Positions 7,732 to 16,794 of a stretch of DNA of 64,000 nucleotides are shown in pieces. The notes beneath the pieces were generated by a model. It searched no databases. It was not told the DNA's origin and was given only the letters and a program-made list of their open reading frames with translations. The first letter of the stretch is position 1. Each line of letters starts with the position of its first letter. The stretch is from a virus (taxonomy: Duplodnaviria; Heunggongvirae; Uroviricota; Caudoviricetes): positions 63,374 to 127,373 of the IMG/VR virus record IMGVR_UViG_3300028854_000008; one strand, written 5' to 3'. The position numbers and the translations under genes were made by a program.

Positions 7732-8232
7732 AGAAATTGTAAATCTCTTTCAACAAGTATTGAATGTTCAATTTGTGCTAGGAAATTTTATAAATTTGAG
7801 TCTAAAGGTAGAAAATATTGTAGTCTTAAATGTTGTGGAATTGCAAAGAAAAATAAATTCACTGCTGATTTTTCTCTGAATGGAAAGGGAAATCATAAAA
7901 GAGTGTTAATACATGAGCGTGGTTATAAATGCGAACGATGTAAAAATAGTGAATGGATGGGAATAGAAATTAATTTGCAATTAGAACATAAGGATGGAAA
8001 TCATTTTAATAATGAAAAAACAAATTTAGAGCTTTTATGCCTCAATTGCCATAGTCAAACATTAACATTTAATCGTAAGAAAACAGCAAAACTTATTTCT
8101 GACGATGAATTTTTAAAAGTATTAAATTCATCTAAAAATATTCGTCAATGTTTATTAAAATTAGGTTTGCAGCAAGGTAGCACAAATTATGATAGAGCCA
8201 AAAGATTATTAAGAAGAAATATGCAGCCGTAG
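7732..8232 (+). CDS. HNH homing endonuclease, no canonical start codon upstream of GTG 7903 (non-canonical start or disrupted gene)
   Basis: In-frame zinc-finger N-terminus CSICARKFYKFESKGRKYCSLKCC plus HNH core LEHKDGNHFNN..NLELLCLNCH; frame opens after TAA 7729-7731; stop overlaps tRNA 8223. Confidence 0.55.
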   Translation, partial: RNCKSLSTSIECSICARKFYKFESKGRKYCSLKCCGIAKKNKFTADFSLNGKGNHKRVLIHERGYKCERCKNSEWMGIEINLQLEHKDGNHFNNEKTNLELLCLNCHSQTLTFNRKKTAKLISDDEFLKVLNSSKNIRQCLLKLGLQQGSTNYDRAKRLLRRNMQP

Positions 8233-8309
8233 CCTAGTGGATTCAGGCACCAGTCTACGAAACTGGAGAGGAAACTCTAACGCAAGTTCGAATCTTGTCG
8301 GCTGCACCA
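8223..8309 (+). tRNA. tRNA-Arg (ACG) with long variable arm (class-II-like body), CCA encoded
   Basis: All stems perfect: GCAGCCG/CGGCTGC, GCCT/AGGC, CCAGT/ACTGG loop CTACGAA, variable arm AGAG-GAAA-CTCT, T GCAAG-TTCGAAT-CTTGT. Confidence 0.7.
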
Positions 8310-8320
8310 AAAGTTTAAAT

Positions 8321-8396
8321 GCAATTATAGATTAGCGGCTAAATCGGATGGTCTACACCCATTTCATCACAGGTTCGAGTCCTGTTAATTGCACCA
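8321..8396 (+). tRNA. tRNA-Val (TAC), C33, CCA encoded
   Basis: Acceptor GCAATTA/TAATTGC, D GATT/AATC, anticodon stem GATGG/CCATT loop TCTACAC, T ACAGG-TTCGAGT-CCTGT. Confidence 0.75.
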
Positions 8397-8586
8397 AGTT
8401 TTCTCTGCATCGTGGAATGGACACGAGGCGTTTACCAGGTGATTTGACGCTAAGTTTACTGATTTGCATTGCGATCACGGCAATGCAATGGTTGGTCTAA
8501 GAGACTAGTAAAATAGTGGTAATATATCAGTTTAGCGATTGATAAGTAACCCACCAGAGAAAAATAACTTGTAGCATTATTCTATA

Positions 8587-9603
8587 TTGTGCTATAATAA
8601 AGAAGTAAATCAAAGGAGAAATATATTCGTGAGTACTTTAAGTACTAAATATTTACCACTCCCATCAAAAGTTAATCCGGATAAATTAGAAACTCTTTTA
8701 AAGAAGCAAGGAAACAAAAATAATATTATTCAAGATGTATATTCTGAGGTTATAGATTTCATCACTCAAAATAATCTCATATCAAATGAATTATTAATAC
8801 CAGAAAAACCTCCAATCCGCATGTTAGAAATAGGCAAAGTTCTATTGTGTGTCATTGAAGATTATTCCAAATTTAATACTGAAATGCTCCCCAAAAAATA
8901 TGTGGAGAATTTTCATTTTTCTTGGGTTAAAAAAGGGTATCGAGTAATTTGGATTAAAAGATTTGAGTGGGAAGATTTGAGAAAGCGTAATGTATTACAA
9001 TCTTTAATTCTTCATGCTTGCGGTAAAACAAAAAATAGATTTTTCGCAAGGAAAACATACGCTGAAATTATTCCTAGTAAAGATTTAAGAGAATTTTTTA
9101 ACAATTCTTCTTTTTATGGTTATCGCAATGCTTCGTTTGCTGTTTGTTTAAAAGATAAAAAGACTAATGAAATTTTAATGGCTATGAATTTTGGACACCC
9201 ATATTATGGAAAAAACAAGTATGGAGAAGGCGCTGTAGAATGTATCAGAGCAGCTTCTAAACCTCACACAGTTATTGTTGGCGGAATGTCAAAATTAATG
9301 AAATTTATGATTGAGCAGTTCGGAAATACTTTTAAATCTTGCGTGTATTATATTGACAGTTCCCATTATGGGAGTGGATCGATGGGGGCGGCTGGATTTA
9401 CTTATTCTCATTTTGCTGGAGGAGCGTCACATAATGTTTGGAAAAAAACAGGAAGTATGTTTATGAGAACACCAGCATTACATCAGGAAATAATGTTTAT
9501 GATTAAACAAAACGAAATAGTTGCAGTTCCAGATGTGGGAAATGAAACTTTTATATTTAATACCAGCAACGAAATTGGTAATGCAAGTTCAACAGATACA
9601 TAA
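8587..9603 (+). CDS. hypothetical protein (338 aa; likely real start at GTG 8629 after AAAGGAGAAA SD)
   Basis: ORF track; strong SD before in-frame GTG 8629. Confidence 0.6.
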   Translation: MCYNKEVNQRRNIFVSTLSTKYLPLPSKVNPDKLETLLKKQGNKNNIIQDVYSEVIDFITQNNLISNELLIPEKPPIRMLEIGKVLLCVIEDYSKFNTEMLPKKYVENFHFSWVKKGYRVIWIKRFEWEDLRKRNVLQSLILHACGKTKNRFFARKTYAEIIPSKDLREFFNNSSFYGYRNASFAVCLKDKKTNEILMAMNFGHPYYGKNKYGEGAVECIRAASKPHTVIVGGMSKLMKFMIEQFGNTFKSCVYYIDSSHYGSGSMGAAGFTYSHFAGGASHNVWKKTGSMFMRTPALHQEIMFMIKQNEIVAVPDVGNETFIFNTSNEIGNASSTDT

Positions 9604-9672
9604 AGATTGTGTAAGTATGTATTTTCTTGGATCAAAACCAAAGGATACAAATTTCATGATAAATAATAATGT

Positions 9673-9747
9673 GCCGAAATGGTGAAAGTGGCATCACGAG
9701 ACTCTCGTAAAGTTTAATTACGTCCTCAATTGACGTTTTCGGCTCCA
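9673..9747 (+). tRNA. tRNA-Thr (CGT) with non-canonical T-loop CTCAATT, CCA encoded
   Basis: Acceptor GCCGAAA/TTTCGGC, D GTGA/TCAC, anticodon stem AGACT/AGTTT loop CTCGTAA, T ACGTC/GACGT. Confidence 0.65.
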
Positions 9748-9760
9748 AAGTTTAATATGT

Positions 9761-9837
9761 GGCCCTATAGTCTAGTTGGATCAGGCAACTGCCTTCTAAG
9801 CAGTATCACGGGAGTTCGAGTCTCTCTAGGGTCACCA
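9761..9837 (+). tRNA. tRNA-Arg (TCT), CCA encoded
   Basis: Acceptor GGCCCTA/TAGGGTC, anticodon stem ACTGC/GCAGT loop CTTCTAA, T GGGAG-TTCGAGT-CTCTC. Confidence 0.8.
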
Positions 9838-9849
9838 AAAGTTTACTAT

Positions 9850-9924
9850 GCCTCTTAATAATAGGTAGCGATTTACTTCACTTGTAATGAAGATAGCTCG
9901 GCGCAAGTCCGGGAAGAGGCTCCA
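9850..9924 (+). tRNA. tRNA-Thr (TGT), non-canonical T-loop CGCAAGT, CCA encoded
   Basis: Acceptor GCCTCTT/AAGAGGC, anticodon stem CTTCA/TGAAG loop CTTGTAA, T CTCGG/CCGGG. Confidence 0.7.
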
Positions 9925-9933
9925 AAATATTAT

Positions 9934-10010
9934 GCTCTCGTGGTCTAAATGGAGAAGGCGCTTCTTTCCTAAAGAAGAAGATGGGGATTCAAATTCCTCC
10001 GAGAGTACCA
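9934..10010 (+). tRNA. tRNA-Arg (CCT), CCA encoded
   Basis: Acceptor GCTCTCG/CGAGAGT, anticodon stem CTTCT/AGAAG loop TTCCTAA, T GGGGA-TTCAAAT-TCCTC. Confidence 0.8.
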
Positions 10011-10023
10011 AATTTAAATATAC

Positions 10024-10098
10024 GCCCTTTAATAATAGGTAGCGATTTGCAACTCCAGTAAAGTTGATAGCTCGGCGCAAATCCGGGAAAGGGCTCCA
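10024..10098 (+). tRNA. tRNA-Thr (AGT), paralog of 9850 tRNA, C33, CCA encoded
   Basis: Acceptor GCCCTTT/AAAGGGC, anticodon stem CAACT/AGTTG loop CCAGTAA, T CTCGG-CGCAAAT-CCGGG. Confidence 0.7.
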
Positions 10099-10105
10099 TT
10101 CTATT

Positions 10106-10315
10106 ATGACGAACAAAGAATTTGTTCAATCACTATATCCGCAAGCATATTGTATTCATGCAACGTGGCTTCCTTTTAAATCGTATGTAATATGGTGTGT
10201 TAATTTTAATAATTATCTCCATAATATGACAAATTATTGCTCAACTGAAAATGATGCATGGAAACAAGCGGCAATAAAAATTCATGAAAAATTAATTCAA
10301 AAATTAGAAAAATAA
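10106..10315 (+). CDS. hypothetical protein
   Basis: In-frame ATG inside ORF-track ORF 10064..10315, downstream of tRNA. Confidence 0.45.
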   Translation: MTNKEFVQSLYPQAYCIHATWLPFKSYVIWCVNFNNYLHNMTNYCSTENDAWKQAAIKIHEKLIQKLEK

Positions 10316-10438
10316 TCCTTGACATAAATGAATAAATGATATATCATTAATAGTGAAAGAGATAAAATATAATTTTATCATTGGTAATTCTTCCATTTGT
10401 GATACTTATATGTTTCTGAATTATTATTTGGCAAAAAC

Positions 10439-10663
10439 ATGACTCATAGTGAATTTAAAATCAGTGAAAAATTTACTTGCGGCGATCATATTTGGATGAC
10501 TACTGATGTTGGCTCTCGCGTTATTGTGGCAATTCAAATTGATGAAGTTAATAAATTAAATTATGAGGATGCAAAATCAGAAGGATGGTTTGTTGGTCCT
10601 CCTTATGCTGTAAATGAAACTGTATTTGATGAGTACGATATAGTTTTTTGCAAGAAATATTAA
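10439..10663 (+). CDS. hypothetical protein
   Basis: ORF track. Confidence 0.45.
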   Translation: MTHSEFKISEKFTCGDHIWMTTDVGSRVIVAIQIDEVNKLNYEDAKSEGWFVGPPYAVNETVFDEYDIVFCKKY

Positions 10664-10675
10664 TACGGAGAAATT

Positions 10676-10927
10676 TTGATTATAATTTGTATATTAGTAT
10701 TGGGATTAATAGCGATAATTCTTTATTATTCAATAAAATTGCGAAAAGCAAATAATTGTATAAAGAAAAAACAATTTATTATAGATAACCAATCAAAAGA
10801 ATTGAGCAGATTTCATTTGTCATGGTCTGTCAATCCGCATGTATATAAAAAGAATAAAACTTCAGGGATTGGATTTTGTGATGTTTGCTTTAGTGATGAC
10901 GAAAATGATGGAAACCACATTAAATAA
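10676..10927 (+). CDS. hypothetical membrane protein (N-terminal TM helix)
   Basis: Hydrophobic N-terminus IIICILVLGLIAIILYYSI. Confidence 0.45.
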   Translation: MIIICILVLGLIAIILYYSIKLRKANNCIKKKQFIIDNQSKELSRFHLSWSVNPHVYKKNKTSGIGFCDVCFSDDENDGNHIK

Positions 10928-11022
10928 TAAAGAGAAATGCACTTGCAATTATATATCAAAAACGAGAATGAGTGCAAATTCTTAATAACGAAAAATATTA
11001 ACTATAAATTTAGAGGATAATT

Positions 11023-11970
11023 ATGAAAAATCTGTATTCAATTGTATTACTATTTTCTGCATCTCTTGCTTTGGCTTGCCCTACCCCGCCTCCCACACCA
11101 AAGCCAACTCCTACACCAAAACCAGCCCCAATTTTAACAGTTAATTCAGCATCCAATTCTTCATCAAAATCCAATTCAACTTCAAAATCTAATTCTTCAT
11201 CAAAATCCAACTCAACTGCAACAACAGGAGCAAGCACATCAAATGCAACAACAGGTCCAAGCAGCGCAAATTCAGTAACTGGGCCTAGCACATCATCTGC
11301 TACAACTGGAGATCAGTCTGCGACAACTGGAGATCAAAGTGTTACTTCTGATTCAGGCAACCGAGATGCTATGCTATTCATTCCTTCAGTAGTTCCAGTA
11401 ACACCACCAAGCACATTGGCAGTAGGAAATATTGTTCAAGTCACATCTGCTTGTGGTCCATTACAAAGAATTGTTCAAAATCCAATTAGTGGAACATTTT
11501 TTGGAGTAGTTAAAAAATCACAAATTATTCAAGGAAATACTGATACATTAGCTCCTTACTTAGACGAAAAAGGATTGCCACAATATTATAATGATGTTCC
11601 ATTGAATGATGGCAGAAAAGGATATACTCGTTTCGGCCATCAAGTAACTCAATATACTACAATAGTTGGATTGAGTGGAGTTCGTAATGTTGCGGCTGGC
11701 GCCGGCGGAGGAAGTTCTTGGGGACAAGTTGGTGGAGGATCAAGTGCTTCAATTCAGCAAATTGTAACAACAATTCAATTGCAAATATGCGAAGTTGGTA
11801 CTTTTGTTCAGCCTGCTCCAGTTGTAACTCATACTCTTACACAAGGTCCAATTACTGTCCCAGATGTAACTATTATGGTTGTGGATGAAAACTATACTAA
11901 AAAATTAACTCACAAAAAAGTATCGCCGCAATCTTCAACAGTTAAGAAACCAACCAATTGTGTTAAATAA
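11023..11970 (+). CDS. putative lipoprotein / surface protein with Pro-Thr linker and Ser/Asn-rich low-complexity region
   Basis: Signal peptide ending in lipobox-like LALAC, then PTPPPTPKPTPTPKP and SNSSSKSNSTSKS repeats; AGAGGA SD. Confidence 0.6.
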   Translation: MKNLYSIVLLFSASLALACPTPPPTPKPTPTPKPAPILTVNSASNSSSKSNSTSKSNSSSKSNSTATTGASTSNATTGPSSANSVTGPSTSSATTGDQSATTGDQSVTSDSGNRDAMLFIPSVVPVTPPSTLAVGNIVQVTSACGPLQRIVQNPISGTFFGVVKKSQIIQGNTDTLAPYLDEKGLPQYYNDVPLNDGRKGYTRFGHQVTQYTTIVGLSGVRNVAAGAGGGSSWGQVGGGSSASIQQIVTTIQLQICEVGTFVQPAPVVTHTLTQGPITVPDVTIMVVDENYTKKLTHKKVSPQSSTVKKPTNCVK

Positions 11971-11985
11971 ATTTTAAGGATAAAT

Positions 11986-12303
11986 ATGTTTTTTAGAAAA
12001 ATTCCAGTGGTTATAGAAGCAGTTCAAATCAAAGCATCAGATTTTAATGGATCGACATTTGATGGTTGCCCGTTTTCAGACACGCCAAAATGGTTATTGA
12101 AAGCATTAAAAGATGGAACAGTATCAATATACAAAGATGATCGAGATTATGCAAGATGGCAAATTAAAACTTTAGAAGATGGCCCAAATGGAGAAGCAAA
12201 ACATATTGCAGATCCTGGAGACTGGATCATTAAAGGAGTTAACGATGAATTATATTTCTGTAAACCTGATATATTTAAAAAGACATATGTAACTCTTGAA
12301 TAA
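11986..12303 (+). CDS. hypothetical protein
   Basis: ORF track, AAGGA SD. Confidence 0.5.
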   Translation: MFFRKIPVVIEAVQIKASDFNGSTFDGCPFSDTPKWLLKALKDGTVSIYKDDRDYARWQIKTLEDGPNGEAKHIADPGDWIIKGVNDELYFCKPDIFKKTYVTLE

Positions 12304-12312
12304 AGGATTTCT

Positions 12313-12585
12313 ATGATTAGAATGAATAACAACGATGCAGTTATCATCGCTTGTATTGCTCAATTTTCAAAAATTCCTAAAAAGAATCAAGATGAATTAT
12401 TATCAGAATTGAATGATAAACAATTAAAATCTCTTTGTAAATTTATAATGCATCCTGCTTTAATTGATGGAAAACCAGACTCTGAAGAAGCAAAAGTTGC
12501 AAAATATTTTATAAAATGGGTTGAAAATAATAAAGCCAATAAAGAAAAAAGAAGGAGAATCAATGAATCAAGAATTAAAAAATAA
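12313..12585 (+). CDS. hypothetical protein
   Basis: ORF track. Confidence 0.45.
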   Translation: MIRMNNNDAVIIACIAQFSKIPKKNQDELLSELNDKQLKSLCKFIMHPALIDGKPDSEEAKVAKYFIKWVENNKANKEKRRRINESRIKK

Positions 12586-12904
12586 ATTATTTGAACGATT
12601 CCCCAAAGAATGGTTTCCAGCAGATATATCAATTGGTGACGGTTGGTTTCAAATTCTTTATGACTTATTAGCACAATGGGAATTATTTGTAAAGAACTTT
12701 GGCGAACCAAAATTTAAAATTCTTCAAATAAAACAAAAATTTGGCGGATTAAGAATTTATACAAATCATGGAGCAGAAGAAATTATTCGTCTAACTACCA
12801 ATATGGCAGAAAAAAAATCAAGTATCACTTGTGAAGTTTGTGGCTCTCCTGGAATATTTAGAGAAGATGGTTGGCTTTCTGTTAAATGTGAACAACATAA
12901 ATAA
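12563..12904 (+). CDS. hypothetical protein (zinc-ribbon-like C-terminus CEVCGSPG...CEQH)
   Basis: ATG after GAAGGAGAA SD; overlaps upstream ORF. Confidence 0.5.
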   Translation: MNQELKNKLFERFPKEWFPADISIGDGWFQILYDLLAQWELFVKNFGEPKFKILQIKQKFGGLRIYTNHGAEEIIRLTTNMAEKKSSITCEVCGSPGIFREDGWLSVKCEQHK

Positions 12905-13300
12905 AAGATTCTTTAGGGAAGTTGCCCTGAAAAGGCATCTTTTAAAGAGTAACAAGTGGAGGAAAGTAAGCCTAGCGCGGCAGAAATCAAGAGTCTAGAC
13001 AATGTTTTGAAGATGCACTACAGTCTAGCGTATAACCACAGGGATGTGAAAAAGTACCTAAATTAATCGACAGATGGCTTTATCTCCATAGCAATATGGC
13101 TAGTATCCTCCATCATCGTTAATTCAGCAAATTAGTAGCAAATTATGGTTTTGCCCACCCAGTACGAGAGGAACTGTGGGTTTGATCGAGAACAGGGATT
13201 GAAGACATCTTTACCTTTGTATCGAGACGACCATAATAGCCCTTAGAGTTTTTGGCTGAGAAGCACACCTTTAGATAAATTTAAATAACTGCTTTAATGT
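12905..13300 (+). other. GC-richer non-coding island with sarcin-ricin-loop-like motif AGTACGAGAGGAAC; candidate structured RNA
   Basis: No ORF of 60 aa or more on either strand; local GC well above flanks; contains rRNA-like 14-mer. Confidence 0.3.
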
Positions 13301-13317
13301 CAATGACTTAAAAATCA

Positions 13318-13346
13318 TTGACATTTTGCTTTGGATTTGATATAAT
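13318..13346 (+). promoter_or_regulatory. consensus sigma70 promoter TTGACA-N17-TATAAT, ATG only ~7 nt after -10 (leaderless-type)
   Basis: Perfect hexamers; start codon of 13353 ORF immediately downstream. Confidence 0.6.
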
Positions 13347-13352
13347 GAAAAT

Positions 13353-13952
13353 ATGGAACAATATCCGACAATACTTGGTAGTTCAAAAGCGCCATTAGGA
13401 AAGCCGTGTATTGCTTTCTACAAATATGATGGCAGCAATTTACGTTGGGAATGGAACCCAAAGAAAGGTTGGCATAAATTTGGGACTCGTCACCAATTAT
13501 TTGACTCTTCTAACCCATTGTTTGGCCAAGCAATTCCAATCTTTTTAAACACGATGGGAGATGAAATAGTTGAACGAGTAAAGAAGATCAATAAGAAAAT
13601 ACATAGAATCACTGCGTTCACAGAATTTTTTGGACCATCCAGTTTTGCTGGAAAGCATGAAATTGACGAGCTGAAAGAATTGAGATTGTTTGATGTTTAT
13701 TTGTTTCATCAGGGAATGATGCTGCCAAAAGAATTCGTTAAAACTTTTGGAGATTTGCCTTATACAGCACAAATTGTTTATCAAGGAAATTTAAATAAAC
13801 AATTTATTGATGATGTTCGTACTGGAAAATATCCTGTGATTGAAGGAGTTGTAGCAAAAGGAAATGATTTTAGTGTAAAAATTAAAACAAATTCATATTT
13901 TCAAAAACTAAATGAAGTGTATGGAACTGCATATCGTCAGTATTGGGAATAA
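13353..13952 (+). CDS. small ATP-dependent nucleic-acid ligase-like nucleotidyltransferase (KxDG family)
   Basis: Motif I KYDGS, motif III-like RITAFTEFFG, motif IV EGVVAKG, motif V VKIKTN. Confidence 0.55.
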   Translation: MEQYPTILGSSKAPLGKPCIAFYKYDGSNLRWEWNPKKGWHKFGTRHQLFDSSNPLFGQAIPIFLNTMGDEIVERVKKINKKIHRITAFTEFFGPSSFAGKHEIDELKELRLFDVYLFHQGMMLPKEFVKTFGDLPYTAQIVYQGNLNKQFIDDVRTGKYPVIEGVVAKGNDFSVKIKTNSYFQKLNEVYGTAYRQYWE

Positions 13953-14034
13953 ATAATAGTAATGTGTTCGCAAATAATATGAAAATTTTTGAAAGGAGAA
14001 ATCATATGCAATAGTAAATCAATAAAGGAGAAAA

Positions 14035-14364
14035 TTGCAAATGAGTAAATCTTATCGCAAACCATATTCGTCGCCAACTGGAAGTCTCAGTGCAAAAAAA
14101 GATAAACAAATGGCCAACCGATCAATTAGAAGAACACAAAATAATTATTTAAAATTAAATTGGGATGAAGAGGATTTTTTAATTCCAAATAAGTATGAAT
14201 GCGCAAACAATGAAATTTATGGTTGGAGTAGAGATGGAAATAATCGATATCAAGAACTAAATACATCTTGGAATCGATACTGTTTATTTCTCATTGGAAA
14301 TTATTATTACAAAAACTATAATATTTTTCCTCCAATATGGTACGCTAGATTAGTAAGAAAATAG
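14035..14364 (+). CDS. hypothetical basic protein
   Basis: ORF track. Confidence 0.5.
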   Translation: MQMSKSYRKPYSSPTGSLSAKKDKQMANRSIRRTQNNYLKLNWDEEDFLIPNKYECANNEIYGWSRDGNNRYQELNTSWNRYCLFLIGNYYYKNYNIFPPIWYARLVRK

Positions 14365-14533
14365 GAGTATTATATGAAAAAAGAATTAATTAATATAGAA
14401 GAAGCAGTAATTACTTATTATATAAGTGAAGGAAGAGAAAGAGATTTAATAAATGGGTGTATTTGTTGGTATGACAACGGCGAGTTTGAATTTGATACAA
14501 CTTGCCCAGTTCATTTTGCAAAGGAAATAGAAT

Positions 14534-14716
14534 ATGGCATTGTATGAATATAAATGTAGCAAATGTGGAAATAGATATGAAAAAGTGCAAAGCATGAACT
14601 CAAAATCAGATACTATTTGTTCTAAATGTTATGGAAAAGTTGAAAAAGTGTTATTTCCATCTGCATTGCAATTTAAAGGTTCTGGTTGGTATGTAACAGA
14701 TTACGCTGGCAAATAG
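14534..14716 (+). CDS. FmdB-family zinc-ribbon protein
   Basis: MALYEYKCSKCG...CSKCYG two CxxC pairs, typical FmdB N-terminus. Confidence 0.6.
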   Translation: MALYEYKCSKCGNRYEKVQSMNSKSDTICSKCYGKVEKVLFPSALQFKGSGWYVTDYAGK

Positions 14717-14728
14717 CAAGGAATAAAT

Positions 14729-14805
14729 TGAGGCATAGTTTAATTGGCCAAAACATTCGGCTCTGACCCGAAAGATTCTAGGTTCGACGCCTAGTGCCTC
14801 AGCCA
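14729..14805 (+). tRNA. tRNA-Gln (CTG), CCA encoded
   Basis: Acceptor TGAGGCA/TGCCTCA, D GTTT/AAAC, anticodon stem TTCGG/CCGAA loop CTCTGAC, T CTAGG-TTCGACG-CCTAG. Confidence 0.8.
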
Positions 14806-14975
14806 AAAATTAGAAAGGAAATATTAAATAGGTTTGGGTTGCATTCTTTCTTGACATTTAATTTAAAAGTTGATATAATCATTATATGAAAAGCTATCAA
14901 TGGGCAAATACTCCAAAAATAGCATGAAAACTCATGGTTAGAGATTGAAATTGAATTATTAAGAAAGTTAGAGAA

Positions 14976-15242
14976 ATGACTAAAATAGATAATGAAATTT
15001 TACAATCAATTATTTATTCTCCATCTTTAGAAGAATTTCATGGAGATTGGGATCCTCAATGTAGGTGGGTTAGTAGAATAACATTAATCCAACTTAAATA
15101 TATGATAAAACAAAATTGGATTATATCCAAGTTTGGGATGTACAAAGCAAGTAATAGTTTTGCCTATTTTAATGGATACACAGAAGGAATTGCGTTTACT
15201 CCAGATAAAAACACTGAGCTTTTAATAAAATTAATGAGATGA
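14976..15242 (+). CDS. hypothetical protein
   Basis: ORF track. Confidence 0.45.
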   Translation: MTKIDNEILQSIIYSPSLEEFHGDWDPQCRWVSRITLIQLKYMIKQNWIISKFGMYKASNSFAYFNGYTEGIAFTPDKNTELLIKLMR

Positions 15243-16009
15243 ATTGGATTATTCAAGATTCGATGACTTGGGCGGCATTGCAAAATAATTGCAATCCTCT
15301 CATTACTGCTCTTCAAAAATTGAATAAGAAATTCCATACTTGCGGAGTGATTCCATTTGATAATGTAATTACTGGTATAGAAAATATTGATTTATCAAAA
15401 TCTACTATGTTTTATGGCGGAACATTGCTTCCAATATTGGCCAAAAAATTGAATACTAATTTGGAAATCTTTTGGGAAGATGAATGGTTCTATCCTGCAA
15501 TATGGGCAGCAAATAGAAATGATATGCTTAATCAAGAAATTACAGAAAGAACTATTGGTGATTTAAAAACTAATTGGATTTTCGAGCCCACATTTATTAA
15601 ATCAAAAGAAGTAAAAGAATTAACTGGAATGGTATTAGAAGGTGAAGATAAAGATTGGTGGCTAAAAGAATATTCTGATTTAACGTCTGATGTAGAAATA
15701 TGTTGCTCTCCTGCACAAAATATAGAAAAAGAATGGAGATTCTGGATCATTGACGGAAATATAGTTACTGGATCACAATATAAAAGGAATGGATGTTTAG
15801 CAATAAAATCTCCAATTGAAAACAGTGTTTTCAATAAAGCAATAGAATTATCCAATAGCTGGCTGCCAAACCCAAATATTGTAATGGATATTGCTGAAAT
15901 GCGGAATGGAACTTTCAAAGTTGTTGAATTTAATTCAATTCATTCAAGTGGATTTTACAATGCTAATGTTGAGAATTTCATCAATGCAATGGAAAATAAA
16001 TATGACTGA
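15239..16009 (+). CDS. hypothetical protein, possibly ATP-grasp fold
   Basis: C-terminal pattern ..FWIIDGNIVTGSQY...DIAEMRNGTFKVVEFNSIHSSGFY resembles ATP-grasp C-domain; weak. Confidence 0.4.
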   Translation: MNWIIQDSMTWAALQNNCNPLITALQKLNKKFHTCGVIPFDNVITGIENIDLSKSTMFYGGTLLPILAKKLNTNLEIFWEDEWFYPAIWAANRNDMLNQEITERTIGDLKTNWIFEPTFIKSKEVKELTGMVLEGEDKDWWLKEYSDLTSDVEICCSPAQNIEKEWRFWIIDGNIVTGSQYKRNGCLAIKSPIENSVFNKAIELSNSWLPNPNIVMDIAEMRNGTFKVVEFNSIHSSGFYNANVENFINAMENKYD

Positions 16010-16226
16010 CAAGCAATTTGTAAAATCATTTTATCCAAACGTAAAATTATGTAAAGCAACAAAATTTTATAGAATGAATTTTCCAAAAGATTTAAATATT
16101 TATTGTATCTATCACTATGATTATACAATATTTTTTGATTTACCGTGGGAAAAAACTTCAAAATTAACATGGAAGCACGCTAGAGAAAAAGTTGAAAATA
16201 AATTAATTAAAAAATTATCTTATTAA
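16002..16226 (+). CDS. small protein, member of tandem paralog triplet (YPNxxLxK N-terminus)
   Basis: Shared motifs with 16239 and 16526 ORFs. Confidence 0.45.
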   Translation: MTDKQFVKSFYPNVKLCKATKFYRMNFPKDLNIYCIYHYDYTIFFDLPWEKTSKLTWKHAREKVENKLIKKLSY

Positions 16227-16238
16227 CCAGGAAAAAAC

Positions 16239-16529
16239 ATGAATATACAAGAGCAGATTCGTAATATATATCCAAATGCAGTCTTAATTAAAGATTGTCA
16301 TAATTATGGAAAATTGGAGATAAATTTAAATTACATTGTATTACACGATGTAATTCCATCAGAAAATATTAGTAGCAAAATTAATGATGAAATAATTTTA
16401 GATTTCATGCAAATTAGAAATAAAACAGAAATACATCCTTTATCAACATGGCAATCAACATCTGAAGAAGCATGGCAAGAAGCATGGAGATTAATTCAAT
16501 CTAAAATGGAATCAAAATTAGCATCATGA
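16239..16529 (+). CDS. small protein, paralog triplet member
   Basis: IRNIYPNAVLIKD..AW.EAW...Q.K.E.KLAS. Confidence 0.5.
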   Translation: MNIQEQIRNIYPNAVLIKDCHNYGKLEINLNYIVLHDVIPSENISSKINDEIILDFMQIRNKTEIHPLSTWQSTSEEAWQEAWRLIQSKMESKLAS

Positions 16530-16774
16530 CTTTAGAAGAAAATATACAATTTGTACGAGCAATGTATCCAGATGCAATTGCTATTAAAGGAATCAGTAGG
16601 TATGCAATTATAACTATTTCTCAAAGAACACTAGAAGAAATTGAAAATTATAAACATACTGAATTAACCTCACAAACCTATGAAATTAGCAGATGGGTTA
16701 AAACCATTGATGAAGCTTGGAATGACTCTGCGTATTGCTTAAATAAGAGATTAGAAGATAAACTTGCATATTAA
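16526..16774 (+). CDS. small protein, paralog triplet member
   Basis: VRAMYPDAIAIKG...AW...KRLEDKLAY; ATGA overlap with previous. Confidence 0.5.
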   Translation: MTLEENIQFVRAMYPDAIAIKGISRYAIITISQRTLEEIENYKHTELTSQTYEISRWVKTIDEAWNDSAYCLNKRLEDKLAY

Positions 16775-16794
16775 ATACAGAAAAGAGAAAAACT

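Noticed and set aside
12905-13300. Partial rRNA gene
   Set aside because: Only a 14-nt SRL-like core and a short second patch resemble 23S rRNA; there is no extended rRNA similarity or typical length, so it was not called an rRNA.
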